Source: Eledone cirrhosa
Taxonomy: Eukaryota
DNA length: 64,000 bases
Reading direction: 5' to 3'
Assembly (NCBI GenBank): GCA_964016885.1
Contig: OZ024740.1
Coordinates: forward strand, 140,802,001-140,866,000
A program made the translations under genes and the position numbers. Below are positions 25,365 through 38,569 of this stretch, piece after piece. The first letter of the stretch is position 1. Every line of letters begins with the position of its first letter. The notes beneath the pieces are model-generated. The model had not been told where the DNA came from. It ran no database searches and was given only the letters and a program-made list of their open reading frames with translations.

Positions 25365-26950
25365 GAAAGAGAAGGGCAAGGGCATTTCTGGCTCCACAAG
25401 ACCCTGATTGTGAGAATGTATTATGGACTGGATCCTGTTAGGAGGGAGGATTAGCCTTTTGAAGCTTAGGCTGAAAGATAGGACTCTGTGGGGGGTGCAA
25501 GTTTATGCACCAAACAAGGAGTTCGAATACAGGTCCTTCCTTGATGAAGTCACTGCAGCATTAAATGTAGTTAAGACTGAGTCATATATTCTGATGGGAG
25601 ACATCAATGCACATGTTGCACTGACTACCTGAAATGGAAAGGAGTGATTGGAAGGAATGGTGACCCAATCTAAATACAAATGGAGAGGTCTTCCTGGACT
25701 TCTGTTCTAGCAATGGGCTCTCTTTCAGCACAGAGACATCCATAAATATACATGATATAAGGGGAATCAGGGACAGAGATCAATAACAGATTTTGTTATT
25801 GATCTCTGTGCAGGATGTTTATGTTAAAAGAGGAGCTGAGCTGTCAACTGATCACCATTTAGTTATATGCAACATGATATTAGAGGTATATTCTTGTTTT
25901 GTTGACCTTGAAAAGGCATATAACTGTGTTCCTCAGGACCTGCTGTTGAAGGTTCAGCAAGAGTATAGGATCGATGGTCAGCTTCTTGCTGCCCTGATGT
26001 CTCTATATGAATGCCCGAGTATTTGTGATTGGATAAATAGTGCTAAATCGAAACCATTCAATGTGGGAGTTGGACTCAGCCAAGGGTGTGTACTATCACT
26101 TCTGTTCATTATGAACGGGATTGACATGTGCAGCCAGGTTGGAAGTGGTATCACGACTGGCAGGAGTAAAATCAGTTGTCTGGAATTTGAAGACAACATG
26201 GTGTTACTTAACTCAACAGAAGATGATCTCTGACTTGCTGTGAAAACTGAGACACTCGTCCTCTCAAGGAAGCCTGTGCAGTGCACTCTACATGTAAATG
26301 GAGTTCCATTGAATCAGGTAGGGAAGTTCAAGTATCTCGGGGCTGTGTTCATGAGTGATGGAAGGCAGGCGGCTAAATTAAGTGCAAGAATTGCAGGAGC
26401 TGGTGCAGTAATACACCAGCTTCAGCATTCAGTAATCAGAAGATGAGAGGTAGACATAAAAGTCAAACTTACTATCTTCAATTCAGTATTTGTGTTAACC
26501 CTTACCTATGATCATGAATCTTGGGTAATGACCGAAAGAATACTATTGTGAATACAAGTGGCTGAAATGGGGTTCCTCCGAAGGGTCTTTGGAGTAACGT
26601 TACTCAATAGAGTGTGCAGCTCAGAGACCAGAGAGTCACTCCAGGTAGAGCTGCTACTTCTCCAAATTGAGAGATCACAGCTCCGATACTATGGGCACGT
26701 GGTTAGAATGTTTTAGGAAAGAATCACTGGACAGATTTTATGAGCAAAATCAACTGGCAGGAGACCCAAGGGTAGACTCCGAGCAAGATGGTTGGATAAA
26801 ATCTATGAGCTTGGCTGGTCTTGCTTGGGGATCCAGCCGAATCAGTTGGAGATGGTTGCTTCTGACAGGACCCGCTGGAAGGAGTATTTGAGGATTTGGG
26901 CCCCTCCCCCCAAACCCTCTCAGGAATAAGTGGATGAAGAAGAAGATCAG
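25365..26950 (+). pseudogene. Internally deleted RTE-clade LINE (APE endonuclease plus RT remnants) of a different family
   Basis: VQVYAPN, LMGDINAHV, GAELSTDHHLV fused to CFVDLEKAY; GLSQGCVLS, FKYLG. Confidence 0.88.
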
Positions 26951-27104
26951 GGACATGACCTGAGACAAGAATGGTGTTAGAAGAATATCTCTAAATAACA
27001 ACAGTTGATAAGACAACTCTGTAGTATAATTAGTAACACAGTCATCTGGAATGTGATAGATATAAGGTTTGAATCACATTAAATAGTTTCTTCTTTTTTA
27101 AATC

Positions 27105-27578
27105 TAGAGGAAGTCTCTAGGTGGTTCCTTGATATGTTAGAAATAGCAACCAAATTTCTCTCAAACCCAACCCTAAAGAAAAAGATATTGGACAATATAG
27201 TCGAAGGTATGCTATCCAGAAGAAAAAGAAAATAGATGAGAATTTTTATGATTGGAATGCCTTTGATCATATGTCAGTTTAATCCGGACTGACTTGGAGT
27301 TAAACAACTATATTGATTGATATGAGGCTTGTGATGGATGTGAAGATATGAGATTTGAACTCCATTTGTAGCCCTTTTGATTTTCAAGTCAGTGAGGGAG
27401 CCTCTAAGTGTTTGCTGGACTTTATAGAAATAACTGCCAAATTTCTCTCTCTCAAAAAAAAAAGATACATTGGACAATGTAGTCCAAGGTATGCTATACC
27501 AGAAAAAAAAGATAAGATGGAAAGTCTTTGATCATAGTTCTGCTCAATCAGGTCTGAGCTGGGGTAAAACAACACCAA
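27105..27578 (-). repeat. Two tandem copies of an abundant interspersed repeat
   Basis: TAGAAATA.C..CCAAATTTCTCTC...TTGGACAAT.TAGTC.AAGGTATGCTAT duplicated. Confidence 0.7.
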
Positions 27579-27579
27579 C

Positions 27580-28015
27580 CAGAGCCAGTGTTACCATTAA
27601 GATCAACTAGGCAGCCACCTAGGGTACAGAGCTCAGAGAAGTGCATTACTGAACCTTAAAGGATCACAGTTTTATACAAATTTGTAGAACTAAATTAAAT
27701 ATATGATGGTTTCCTGCCATCAACAGTAAATCACTAAACATCTTAGCCATGTAACAGAATTGTGGTAATATCGAAAGCAGTAGAGAGAGTTGTATGGCAG
27801 TATATTTAGCATGGGTGATTGTGAACTGGTAGAAAATGCAGGATTAGTAATTTTCTTAGTGTGATCAGAGCAAGAAGTGTCAAAAACTAGATTTGTCAGC
27901 TTGCCAAAATGTATGTTGGAACTATTTTATTTGGGAGATTGGGGTACATAATTGGGAGAAAGGTTGTACATTGTAGAGCTAGCCTGAGGCATTAAATACC
28001 CAGGGGTTGGTTCTA
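27580..28015 (+). mobile_element. hAT-like MITE, old
   Basis: Homology to 6495-6740; CAG.GCC-type terminus. Confidence 0.45.
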
Positions 28016-28639
28016 GTAACAACTACAGTTAATTAAAACCAGCAGTTCTGGTGCATATCAAAATATAAAGAATTTAAAGTCTGGTTTTTATATTAACCAA
28101 CCAGAATACTGCTGTAGTACAACACTATGCAGAGATAGTATTAATGTTTGAAATAATCTGAACATAATAACTAGTTCAGTAATAATTAATATCAAATAAT
28201 TTACCACAACATTAGTTTATTGATTTCTTCACTAATCTGCTTACATCTTCACCACTAATCAGGTCTATAATTGCTGCATTTTAATAATGTTACATAGAAT
28301 TATTAAAACCTCTATTATTTTCCTTCATTGTTAAAACCTCTATCATTTTCCTCTGCTGTCATCTCCCCTCTCTTCCACTGGTTTCAAGGCTCATTTGAAA
28401 TGAGAAGAGATGGTATTGTTTTTGTTGTTGTTTATATAGAAATGGTTTTTTTAAGGTAAACCTAAGAAGGTTATAGTAGAGTTATATAAATATGGTATAT
28501 ACAGGTAATTAAGTTGAAGATAGACCTTTGTCTCAATATTCTCCAGAGTTGCAGTGATACAGGTACAGTGAATGCAATAGGAAAGTAATAGGTGTAATAG
28601 AGGTGAGGTAATTTTCCCTGACTTATTGTCACTATACTT

Positions 28640-28880
28640 CACAGTGATGAATTGGCAGAGTCATTAGAGCATCAGATTAGATGCATTGCAGTATTTGTTG
28701 TGTCTCTGTGTGGTCTGTGTTCCAATCCCACCAAGCTCAATTTTGCCTTTCAGTATTTTGGGATCTATACATAAAATATCAGTCCAGGTTATTGTGTTGG
28801 TGAAATTGTTAGAGCATTGGATAAGATGCCTTGTGATATTTGTTCAATAGATATGTACATTCTGAGTTCAAATCTTGCAT
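28640..28880 (+). mobile_element. Degraded Meta-like SINE heads (two partial copies)
   Basis: TTGGCAGAG..TTAGAGCATC; TTTTGCCTTTCA; GAGTTCAAATC. Confidence 0.5.
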
Positions 28881-29099
28881 TCAAAATGTTAGTGATTATC
28901 CTATCTTTTTTTTTCAGTGAACATTCCCTGAATGACATTATCAAACAGTAAGGTGTGATGGGAGGAAAATTTAGCTACTATTTCTAACAAGTTAACAAAC
29001 CACATAGAGACTCTCTCTATGTTGGTTCTGGGAGTGGCTTTCTTTGACTATTATGGAATGGTGCTAGTTGATGTAGTTGATGGTCAGCTTGAATTTGCC

Positions 29100-30093
29100 C
29101 TACTCAAATATAAACTGACCAAAAAAGAAAAATTGATGGTAAAATGGGGGTCGGCTTATATTCAGATCAATATTTTTATGATTTTCAACAATTTCAAATT
29201 CTACGTGAATAAGGTGTTAAAATATCTGGAATGATTATTTCACAATGAAACGGTTTTTCGACATTTACTATATTGTCATGAGTTTTATTTATGCATTGCC
29301 TTGAGAACATACTCAACAAATTTTTATTATTTGAAATTTTAAATACATAAATATCCCCTACACATATGCAATGAGTGTTTTTCTCTGTGACTTAATTATA
29401 CTTTTTCTTTCAATCTTGTTTTTGCTTTATCTCTCTCTCTCTCTACCCACCTCTATTTTTCTCTGCCTCTTCTCTCTCTTGATGGCTGTCTCTTCCTCTC
29501 TTTTCTACTTTGAGTACTTATACAGCATTCTCTTAGTTGATCCTTTTCAACTATTCCCTATTCATTTTGATCTCCCTCTAGTGTTTCTAATGATCTCCAT
29601 TATGATTTTAAAAAATCGTTTTTTTTAAAATAATACTTTAAACTATATTATATTAATTTATAATTTTTTCCTGCTTTATTTATTTTCTAATTATAAAGGA
29701 ATATAATTTTCTAAAAATGCGGAAGGGGGTTGTCTTATTTTCACTTGGGAATTTTTTCTGTACCTCACAGTAATTATCTAGCAGATGTAACAGGTTCCTA
29801 TCTGAGTTCAAAACTTGGAACTTTATAAAACGGATAAAATGGTAAAAAAGTCATTATGTAGTGAATTTATGAAACAAAAACTATACTCTAAATGACACTT
29901 AAAACATTTTAAATATAAAAATATTAAAACTTTGTAAATATTTTCTCCACCTATGAGAATTTTAAAACCACACCACATTGTGTTGATTGCATTGGCTTAT
30001 AAACAGGGTCTGGATTTTCGCCCATTCCTCATGCATAAAATAGGCAGGGGTCAGCTTATATGCAGATTAGTTTATATTCAAGTATATACGGTA
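29100..30093. mobile_element. Tc1/pogo-superfamily non-autonomous element
   Basis: Right end ...TATATTCAAGTATATACGGTA; sub-terminal GGGGTC.GCTTATAT at both ends. Confidence 0.55.
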
Positions 30094-30099
30094 GGTCAA

Positions 30100-30820
30100 T
30101 GTTTGTTGAGAAAACATAGGGTAAGGGTCAACTGAATGAATACTCACATACATATAAGAGATTTAGTAGGATTTACATGCAGGCTAATGAGAAGATAGAC
30201 TTTGTATGTGGCAGATGCACATGTGAAATAGGTTTCCTCAGTTACTAGGTACTAGAAGTTATCGACAGCTTTTGTTATAGATATTCTGAAAGTTTGAGAG
30301 CAGGGTAAGAATGTGCTGGAAGAAGTTTATGGAGATAGTACCTCTGCTGACAACAAAAGGGTTTCTCAGTAAAGAGTAGGCTGTATGATACCTGCATGTG
30401 AACTACAATGCTACATGAGACATAGGCCTTTATTGCAGAAGATGTGCAAAGGCTAGAAAGAATTTAATCAAGTATAATTTGATGGATATATAATGTTTGT
30501 ATACATGAGTGGCATAGCATAAGTGAGCTGAAAGTAAAACCTGGTATAAGAGGAATAGGATGTAATATGCAGGAGAGAAGACTGTGCTAGTATGGATATA
30601 TGATGCATATGGAAGATGACAACTGAAATGCAAAGAAATCTCATTGGAGGGGACTCAGGGAATAGGAAAGCCCAGGAACACTTGGGATGAGGTAGTGAAG
30701 ACCAGCCTTAAGAAGCTGGACTTCATGACAGAAGTGACAAAGGACGACAAGTACAACATGTTGTACAGGAGAAGAAATGCCTACCAGCGTAAAATGTGAC
30801 CTGATCCATTCATGTGCCAT
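30100..30820 (+). pseudogene. Heavily degraded RTE C-terminal fragment
   Basis: Collinear similarity to 17200-17900. Confidence 0.75.
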
Positions 30821-31254
30821 GGATGGATTAGGTCACATTCATATCATCCTTCCTTTCACTCTCATTACCTTGTCATACACCCATAACATATTTTCTCATC
30901 TCTTAACCCACCACACCTGTCATACACCCATGGCATTATACTTTTTATCCCCACTCACCCATTGCCCCTTACTCATGACATACTATCTACACACCCCATC
31001 CATAGGGTAGGAAAGGTTCTTCAGTTGAGTCAATGACTGTCAGCCTCCTTAGTACTGATATCATGATAAAACACACCCAGTATACTCAGTAAAGTGTTTG
31101 GTGATAGGAAGGACCCTTAGATAAGCTATCAAACAAAGAACCAAGATGACTGTTTTGAAGACATAATAACAACCCTATTGCTGGTGCCTCAATAAAATGC
31201 ATCCAGTGCACTCTGTAGAGTGTGGAAATGTGAGAAGCAGAACCCTAGCTCCTC

Positions 31255-32290
31255 TGAGAGAACAGTAACTACAGAGGTATCAAGTTAATGGACCAGGTTC
31301 TGAAAGTTGCTGAAATGGTTATAGCACAGCTAATTAGCAATAAAATCAAGTTAGATGCAGTTTAGAATCTAGAGTTGAAAGGCCTTAAAGTAAACTAAGC
31401 AAAGACGAAAGTCTAAATAAGTAGGAAAAAGGACAGGAGGCTGATGCCATCAGGAAAGTGACTTTGTTTGATATGTCCAAAATGTCAACAAGAGGCAGTC
31501 AGAATCTTATAAGATGTTCACAGTGTAATCTGTGGACAAACAAGTGATGTAGTGTGATTGCAGGCAGGCTAACAGAAAAGATAGACTTTGTATGTGGCAG
31601 ACACACAAGGAATTTATTTCACTTGTGCTTACTTCTCTTAAGTTGCCAGGGAGGCTCCTTTGAAGTTATTGACAGCTTTAGTTACCTAAGCAATCTAATT
31701 AACTGTGGGGGAAGATACACTGAAGTGTGATAACCAGGATCAGAACAGTTTAGAAGAAGTTTAGAAAGCTGATACCTTTGCTGACAATAAAGGGCTTCTC
31801 TCTCAGAGTGGAAGGTCGACTGTATGAGGCCTGCATTCTAACTGCAATGCTACACGACAGTGAAACATGGGAGTTTTTCATAGAAGACCTTCAATGGCTG
31901 GAAAGAAATGGAATGAATATGCTCCAATGGATGTGTAATGTTAGTGAATATGCTCCAATGGATGTGTAATGATGTAGCATAACTGAGTTGAGAGAAAAAC
32001 TCAGCATAAGAAGAATTGAATGTAGTGTGTAAGAGAGAAGACTGTGTTGGTATGGACATATGATGCATATGGAAGATAGCAACTGCAAAGTGAAATGCAG
32101 AGAAACTATAGTGGGTGGAATCCATGGAAGAGGCAGACCCAGGAAGACTTTGAATGAGGTAGTAAGACCAACTTTAAGAAGCTAAATCTCATATCACAAA
32201 GGACCGTGAGGGCTGGTGCTATGCTGTAATGATGAGGACAAGCATAAATATGACCTGACTCATACATGTGCTCCTCCCTTCCACTAGCAC
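31255..32290 (+). pseudogene. Degraded, internally deleted RTE fragment
   Basis: NYRGIKLMDQV; KGFSLRVEGRLYEAC..MLHDSETW; RLCWYGH. Confidence 0.82.
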
Positions 32291-32834
32291 TCCCCAACAG
32301 GTATCCTCACCACCATTTCCCCTTCGAGTACCACTCCTTAGCTACTCCCCCTTTAAAGCTCTTAGATGTCCTCATTATTGCACCCTAGTAGCTACTCTCT
32401 CTATTGCATGCACACTCACTCCACTACCAGTCCTTAGCTATTTCTCCATCTCTGCACCCCTTGTACACTAATGACCACACCATTGACACCCCTATACCAC
32501 TGACATCCCTCACCCCATATACTATCAGTTACTCCTGACCCTTACTCATTACCTTGCCAAATCACCACACTCACCATCCACCTATAACTTCATACCTATC
32601 TCCCTACCTTATTCCCCTCCCCAAACGTCACTTAGATATATTTTTGGTTCAGTTTTCAAACTATGAAATGGTACCATAAGGAAAATAAGAACTTTTCTAC
32701 CTTAAAGTGTGTACTTTTTATTAAATATTATAAGCTTTATATATATCTACAAAATACTGTGTGTTTCTCTAACGATATATGGCTCTTTCTCTCTATATAT
32801 ATACATATATCTTTTAATTTGAATTATATCATAT

Positions 32835-33199
32835 TCATCATCACCGTTTTACGTCCGTTCTATCATCATCATCATCATCATCATCATTTTACGTCCGCTT
32901 GCAAGGGTGGGACGGGAACTGATTCTAGCTTGATTTCTACAGCTGGATACCCTTCCTAACACCAACCTCATTTACAGTGAGTGCTGGGTGCTTTTTTGCC
33001 ATGGCACCTCCACGACCACTTTGCAGTGGAATGATAGGGACTCCAGTCCTATCATCTCATTTCTACAGCTGAGTAAACTGGAGCAATGTGAAATAAAGTG
33101 TCTTGCTCAAGGTAACAACACATCACCCGGTCTGAGAATTGAACTCACAACCTTTCAATTGCAAGCCCAATGCTCTAACCACTAAGCCATGTGCCTCCA
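32835..33199 (-). mobile_element. tRNA/CORE-like SINE with RTE tail (duplicated tail)
   Basis: Near-identical to 16107-16443. Confidence 0.87.
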
Positions 33200-33312
33200 T
33201 TGTGATATGAGATTTAGCTTCTTAAAGTTAGTCTTACTACCTCATTCAAAGTCTTCCTGGGTTTGCCTCTTCCATGGGTTCCACCCACTATCGTTTCTCT
33301 GCATTTCACTTT
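33200..33312 (-). repeat. 113-bp local inverted duplication of 32087-32199
   Basis: Reverse complement with 4 mismatches by manual comparison. Confidence 0.9.
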
Positions 33313-33330
33313 TCATATATATATATATAT

Positions 33331-34142
33331 TGTATATACTCATGTAAAAATTGAATATTTTAGACCAGTTTTCAAGGTTAAATTTATGGGGTCAACTATT
33401 ACAAGGGGCTTGAAATTCAAGCTAGAATCCAATGTACCATATCAGAAGCCTAACTTATCTCTAAACAAATAAAAACTGAAAATAATGAATTAAAGTAATA
33501 TTACCAATCCTCTGCATCAAGACACACATCCTAGTATTTAACAAAATCCATAAACAAGGCCGCATAGCTCTTATAAATATTTACACTTTTTTACTTGTAT
33601 TCTATTTTTTACTTGCATGCTCTTTTACTTGTATTCATCAAACTTAACAGACTAGCTTAGTACAATCAATTTATATTGCATAATTACTGTGTGGCGGTGA
33701 GACGAGGGCTGATACATTTGTTTATTGTGTTCAGAAATGAGGAAAATATAAAAGTTTCAGGCTTGCAGCACATCTTGTACATAGATTTTAATAATAGCAT
33801 CCATCAACAGATGTGTAGTGCTCACTATTATATGGTGTTGTACTATAAGCACCATGCATTCAAGCTACAGAGCAAGCTACATTAAAGTAGGCACATGTTT
33901 GTGTAAACGTTTAGTTTCAGACATGTATTTGCAATGATATAAATTTGCCTTAAATTCATGTCAATTTTGTAGCAGTGTTATTTCTATGTATGGGATGGTA
34001 TCTTGACCCACAAATGAAGACCTGTTATCCGTGAAATACTTGGATAGACTTTTATATGAGGTCTATGGAAAAGTCCAAACTTTTTGGCCAAAAATAGAAA
34101 GTTGACTTTTACATGCGATCAACTATTACTCAAGTATATATG

Positions 34143-34144
<2 letters not shown>
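33331..34144. mobile_element. Tc1/pogo-superfamily non-autonomous element
   Basis: Ends TGTATATACTCATGTA.../...TACTCAAGTATATATGG; related to 29100-30093. Confidence 0.55.
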
Positions 34145-34211
<67 letters not shown>

Positions 34212-34229
34212 CCATATATATATGACTAG

Positions 34230-35545
34230 CCACACACACTGGGTGAAGTAATGAAAGTGGTTAAGAAAGCCAGGGCCAAATCATCACCACAGCAAAATGG
34301 AATACCCTATCTGTTGTATAAGAAATGTCCCAGACTCCTTCAGAAGCTCCACAGAAGCTTCATCATGGAAGAACTTGAAGATTGGTGACCAATGGATGAG
34401 AGCCATAGATATATACATCCTGAAAGAGCAGAACTTAAGTGATATCAACCAATTCAGCCTGATATCACTTCTGAATGTTGAAGGTAAAATTTTCTTTTTC
34501 ATTATGGCTGCAAGGCTAATTATATACCTCACAGAGAAGTACCTGAATATGGCAGTCCAGGCATCACTGGAGTGACTGGTTGTGTGCACCATCTCTCAAT
34601 AATTTGGAAAGCAATCCAAAAAGCTAAAGCAGAAAACAGATCTTGATTTGGTATATGCCTATGGTTCAGTCTCATGCAAGATGATTCAGCTAGCTAGCTC
34701 TTGAGATGTACCATGTTCCAAAGAACATCCAAGAAATGCTGAAGATATATTTTCCCAGTTTTTCCATGTAATTCTCCACCAAAGAGTACACAACAGTCTG
34801 GATCAATTTGGAGGTTGGCAATCTCATCTATTATGTTTGTGTTGGCAATGGAGGTCATCCTGAAGGTGGCAATGGGTTGGTCAGCTTCAATAGTGCTCAG
34901 AGAGGGATTTTGAATGCCTCCTCTAAAAGCTTTCATGGATGACACTACAGTCCTTGCTACAAAGGAAGATGAAACATGTAGGATACTGTGACAGTTGGAT
35001 AAGGTAGTTGCATCTTCCAGAATGAGGTTCAAACCAAAGAAATCTTAGAGCCTCTCTATGCGGAAGGAGAAAAGTAGCTAGATTAGTGGTATTCACAGTA
35101 GCCAACCAAAAGATACCAACAGTGGCTGAGGAACCAGTTAAAAGCTTTGGAAGGTGGTATGATGACACTCTGAAAGATAGGAAATAGGGAGCTGAAACCA
35201 AGCAAATGGTAACAAAAGGTCTGCAGGTCATAGATCAATGTGGCTTCTCTAGCAAATATAAGGTTTGGTGTTGGCAGTTTATGTTGATTCCAAAGCTTCT
35301 CTGGTCTCTACTGATATATGTTATCAGCTCTAGTATGGTTGAATCAACAAATACACAAAGAAACAGCTTAGTGTCCAACCAGGTCTCACTGAATGTTGCA
35401 CTCTACTGTTCCAGGCCAAGTTGATGCTTACCTCTCAAATCCATCTTAGAGGAGTAGAAAGTTGGAAAAGCAAGGCGCTTGATCATGCTTAAGAATTCAG
35501 AAGACAAGGTAGTGATGTTGATTCGATCCAAGTTGAAGACAGGCA
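34230..35545 (+). pseudogene. RLE-type non-LTR retrotransposon RT fossil (HERO/NeSL-like)
   Basis: QFSLISLLNVEGKIFF, AYGSV, KAFMDDTT, YKVWCWQFMLIPKLLWSLLIY; many stops and frameshifts. Confidence 0.75.
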
Positions 35546-35719
35546 GCCACCTGATCACCTACAAATTAGGCTAGCACAAAAGCTAGTTACATTTTATCCC
35601 CACCAGAAGCCAAGACAGACTGATAGTTGTAAACACAAAGACTTTCATTAAGAATGAGTGTATAACCCAACATAACTTAATGATATATGACTTTAGAATC
35701 AGAGCTAAGTAAACTTGAA

Positions 35720-36095
35720 GACAGAAGGCTAGTTGGGGGAGAAGGACAGGGTAGCTGGAGGAGCCCTCAGTTGATGACCAATTCAGGCATGCCCTGATTG
35801 ATGTTTATGACTATAAAGAAGGTATGTTGGAGACTGGCAACATAGAAGAACAGTGAAGGGTCCTGTGGGATAACCGGCTGAAGGCTACTGATGAGGTATG
35901 TGGCTAGTGTAAGGCCCCAGGATGCCATAGAGTGACATGGTGGTGGAATAGAAGAGTAGATGAGACAGCTAGAATTAAGAAACAGACATGGAAAGATTGG
36001 CAAAATGGGGGAAGCAGAGAACAGTATCAAGATGGTAGAAGAGAAGCCAAGTGACAGGTATACTTAGGAAGGAGGAAAGCAAAAAACAAGAAATG
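35720..36095 (+). pseudogene. RTE endonuclease-RT linker fragment
   Basis: LKATDEVCG..RVTWWWN..KKQTWKDWQNGGSREQY. Confidence 0.75.
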
Positions 36096-36202
36096 TGTGC
36101 ATAGAATCCAGTCCTCGCAAGCTGTTCGATCTACCGAATTATTATTATTTTTATATGAGCCGCCAGTGTCCGCGCATTGCCTGGAGACTTAACTGAGAAT
36201 AG

Positions 36203-36284
36203 ACTTCCTGATGACGCAATGAATTCTCGACAGTTGGATTACGTAACTGTCTTTATCCCATTGCAGAAACTAATTAGTTGGAGT
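36203..36284 (+). ncRNA. Type I hammerhead ribozyme with extended stem II (in Penelope-like fragment ~36100-36340)
   Basis: ACTTC-CTGATGA-c GCAATG..GACAGTT..AACTGTC..CATTGC a-GAAA-CTAATTAG-TT^GGAGT; palindromic stem III; one C.A mismatch closing stem II. Confidence 0.75.
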
Positions 36285-36351
36285 GAAAATTTAAGTAAGA
36301 AAAAAATTTTTTTTAAATTTTTTTAAAGAAAATATTTTCTTATTTTACGTC

Positions 36352-36381
<30 letters not shown>

Positions 36382-36385
<4 letters not shown>

Positions 36386-36775
36386 TCTACTTTTGGCACA
36401 AGGCCAGCAATTACCCAGTACATTACTGGTACTTTATTTTATTGACCTAGTAAGGATGAAAAGTAAAGTTAACTTCGGCGGGATTTGAACTCAGACCATA
36501 AAGGGCCGTAACTCTTTGTTGCAAAGCATGGCGTCCGACCCTCTACCGATACTGTCAATCCATAATAATTAATAATAATTGTTTCTACTATTGGCACAAG
36601 GCCAGCAATTAACCAGTACATTACTGGTACTTTATTTTATCGACCCCGTAAGGATGAAAGGCAAAGTTAACCTTGGCGGGATTTGAACTCAGACTGGCAA
36701 GAGCCGTAACTCTATGCGTCAAAGCATGGCGTCCGACCCTCTACCGATACTGCCAATTCACCGTAATAATAATAA
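36382..36775 (-). mobile_element. Two head-to-tail Meta-like SINEs
   Basis: Two ~190-bp copies separated by (TAA)n. Confidence 0.85.
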
Positions 36776-37059
36776 GTTTCATTTACATGTATTTATGCTT
36801 TTATTGTGTATCAACCTGTTATGCGTGTTTATCAGATGAGTCGCTCAAGATCACCCATCGTAGTTATAGACCTGATTCAACTGGTGATTCAATACATATA
36901 TTTATATATGGTTAGAAAGAAATGAAAGCATCTATATAACAGAATCTAAATATCTTTTTATGCTCATTTTCAACAACAGTTCATTATGAAGAAAATTTGG
37001 GCATGAAAAGCTACATGCAACTTATCTCCCAACCTTTGCTCTGAGCTTGTAATGTTAAA

Positions 37060-37230
37060 TAATTGTTTCTACTTTAGGCACAAGGCCAGCAATTATCCAG
37101 TGCATTACTGGTACTTTATTTTATCGACCCCGTAAGGATGAAAGGCAAAGTCAACCTCGGCGGGATTTGAACTCAGATTGTAAAGGGACGTAACTATGCT
37201 GTAAAGCATGGCGTCCGACCCTCTACCGAT
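37060..37230 (-). mobile_element. Meta-like SINE
   Basis: Same family as 36382-36775. Confidence 0.85.
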
Positions 37231-38384
37231 GTTAAATAATGAAGCCAAAATATAAACTGCTGCGACTTATAGACATGTATAAGTGGTATATATATATACT
37301 TGTTTATATATATAGGTCTCTGCTTTCTGTGAGAAAATACATTTTAAAATGCCATATATACTCATATATAAGTTATACATTTTCCCGCATAAATACAATG
37401 TGAAAAAGAAAAACGACTTGTGACTTATTTATTGGACCTACAAAATCTTATAAAATATATGGTACATTGCATATACAACATTTACAACCAACACCATCAT
37501 TATCAGCTCCACCATTACCCTATATAACCATCATCATCATTGACAATAACACAATTGCCAGCAACATTGATTTTAGTTACAATATGAAGAAATAATGGGA
37601 CTAGAAACATTAATGCATTTGAGCTTTCATAGAAGTCCCCCAGGTATCTATTGCCACATTCCATATTGCCATTTTACAAGTCACAGACAGATCAAATCAA
37701 CAACTAGCTTACATTGAATTATATTTTTTAAAGTCAGTTCAGTTTTCAACCAAAATCTATAGTTTATTAACCAAGTTACCATTAAAAGCTATATACACCA
37801 AGACCACAGGTTTTATAGTGGCATGGATGTAAACTTGGCTGTATGGTTAAGGAGTTTATTTTGCAACTATTTGGATTGGGATTCAATTTGATAATTTGAC
37901 AACCTTAAGCATGCGTCTTCTATCATAGTCTTGAGTGGATCAATTCCTACTGTAACCAACTAATCCATTGTTAATTTAGCACCATTATATGGCTCTTTGG
38001 TGTCTTTATTGGAGTTCACTCTGTTGCAAGTATTTAAACTAGGTTTCCTGTTTGAAAATACCTTCCTCTCTCTCCTACAAGTCTTTGAAGCCCTAAACAA
38101 GGTCAAGGGTACTGCCCTTTGCTTTGATTATGCAATAAAAAGAGAACATGTCATATAACAGAGCATGTCTATTTCGACATAGTCATCTATTTTACATAAA
38201 TTTTGTCAAAATCATTGGTATTCAAGCAATTTATCAACTCAACTGCACTCAACTTTTCCCTTAAGTCAATATTATGGCCCCCAAAGGTTACAATCAACTT
38301 ATTCCTTTTCATTAATTTCAGATTCTCTGCCTGTCATTCACATTGATAAAGCATCACATTTATTACATATTGCATATATTTATC

Positions 38385-38533
38385 CAAGCAAAATTGTTCA
38401 GGTTCATTCAAGCAAAGCTGAGCTGGCTTACTCAAGCAAAACTGAGCTGGTTTACTCAAGTTAAACTGAGCTGGTTTACTCAAGTTAAACTGAGCTGGCT
38501 TACTCAAGTTAAGCTGATCAAGTTTATTCAAAC
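38385..38533. repeat. 24-bp minisatellite, 6 units (CAAGyWAArCTGAGCTGGyTTACT)
   Basis: Units start at 38385, 38409, 38433, 38457, 38481 and 38505. Confidence 0.9.
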
Positions 38534-38569
38534 AGTACACAATGTAAAGTGGTAGTACTAGTGCTATGA

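Noticed and set aside
36825-36895. Additional hammerhead (CAGATGA-GTCG...)
   Set aside because: No closing stem II or GAAA is found
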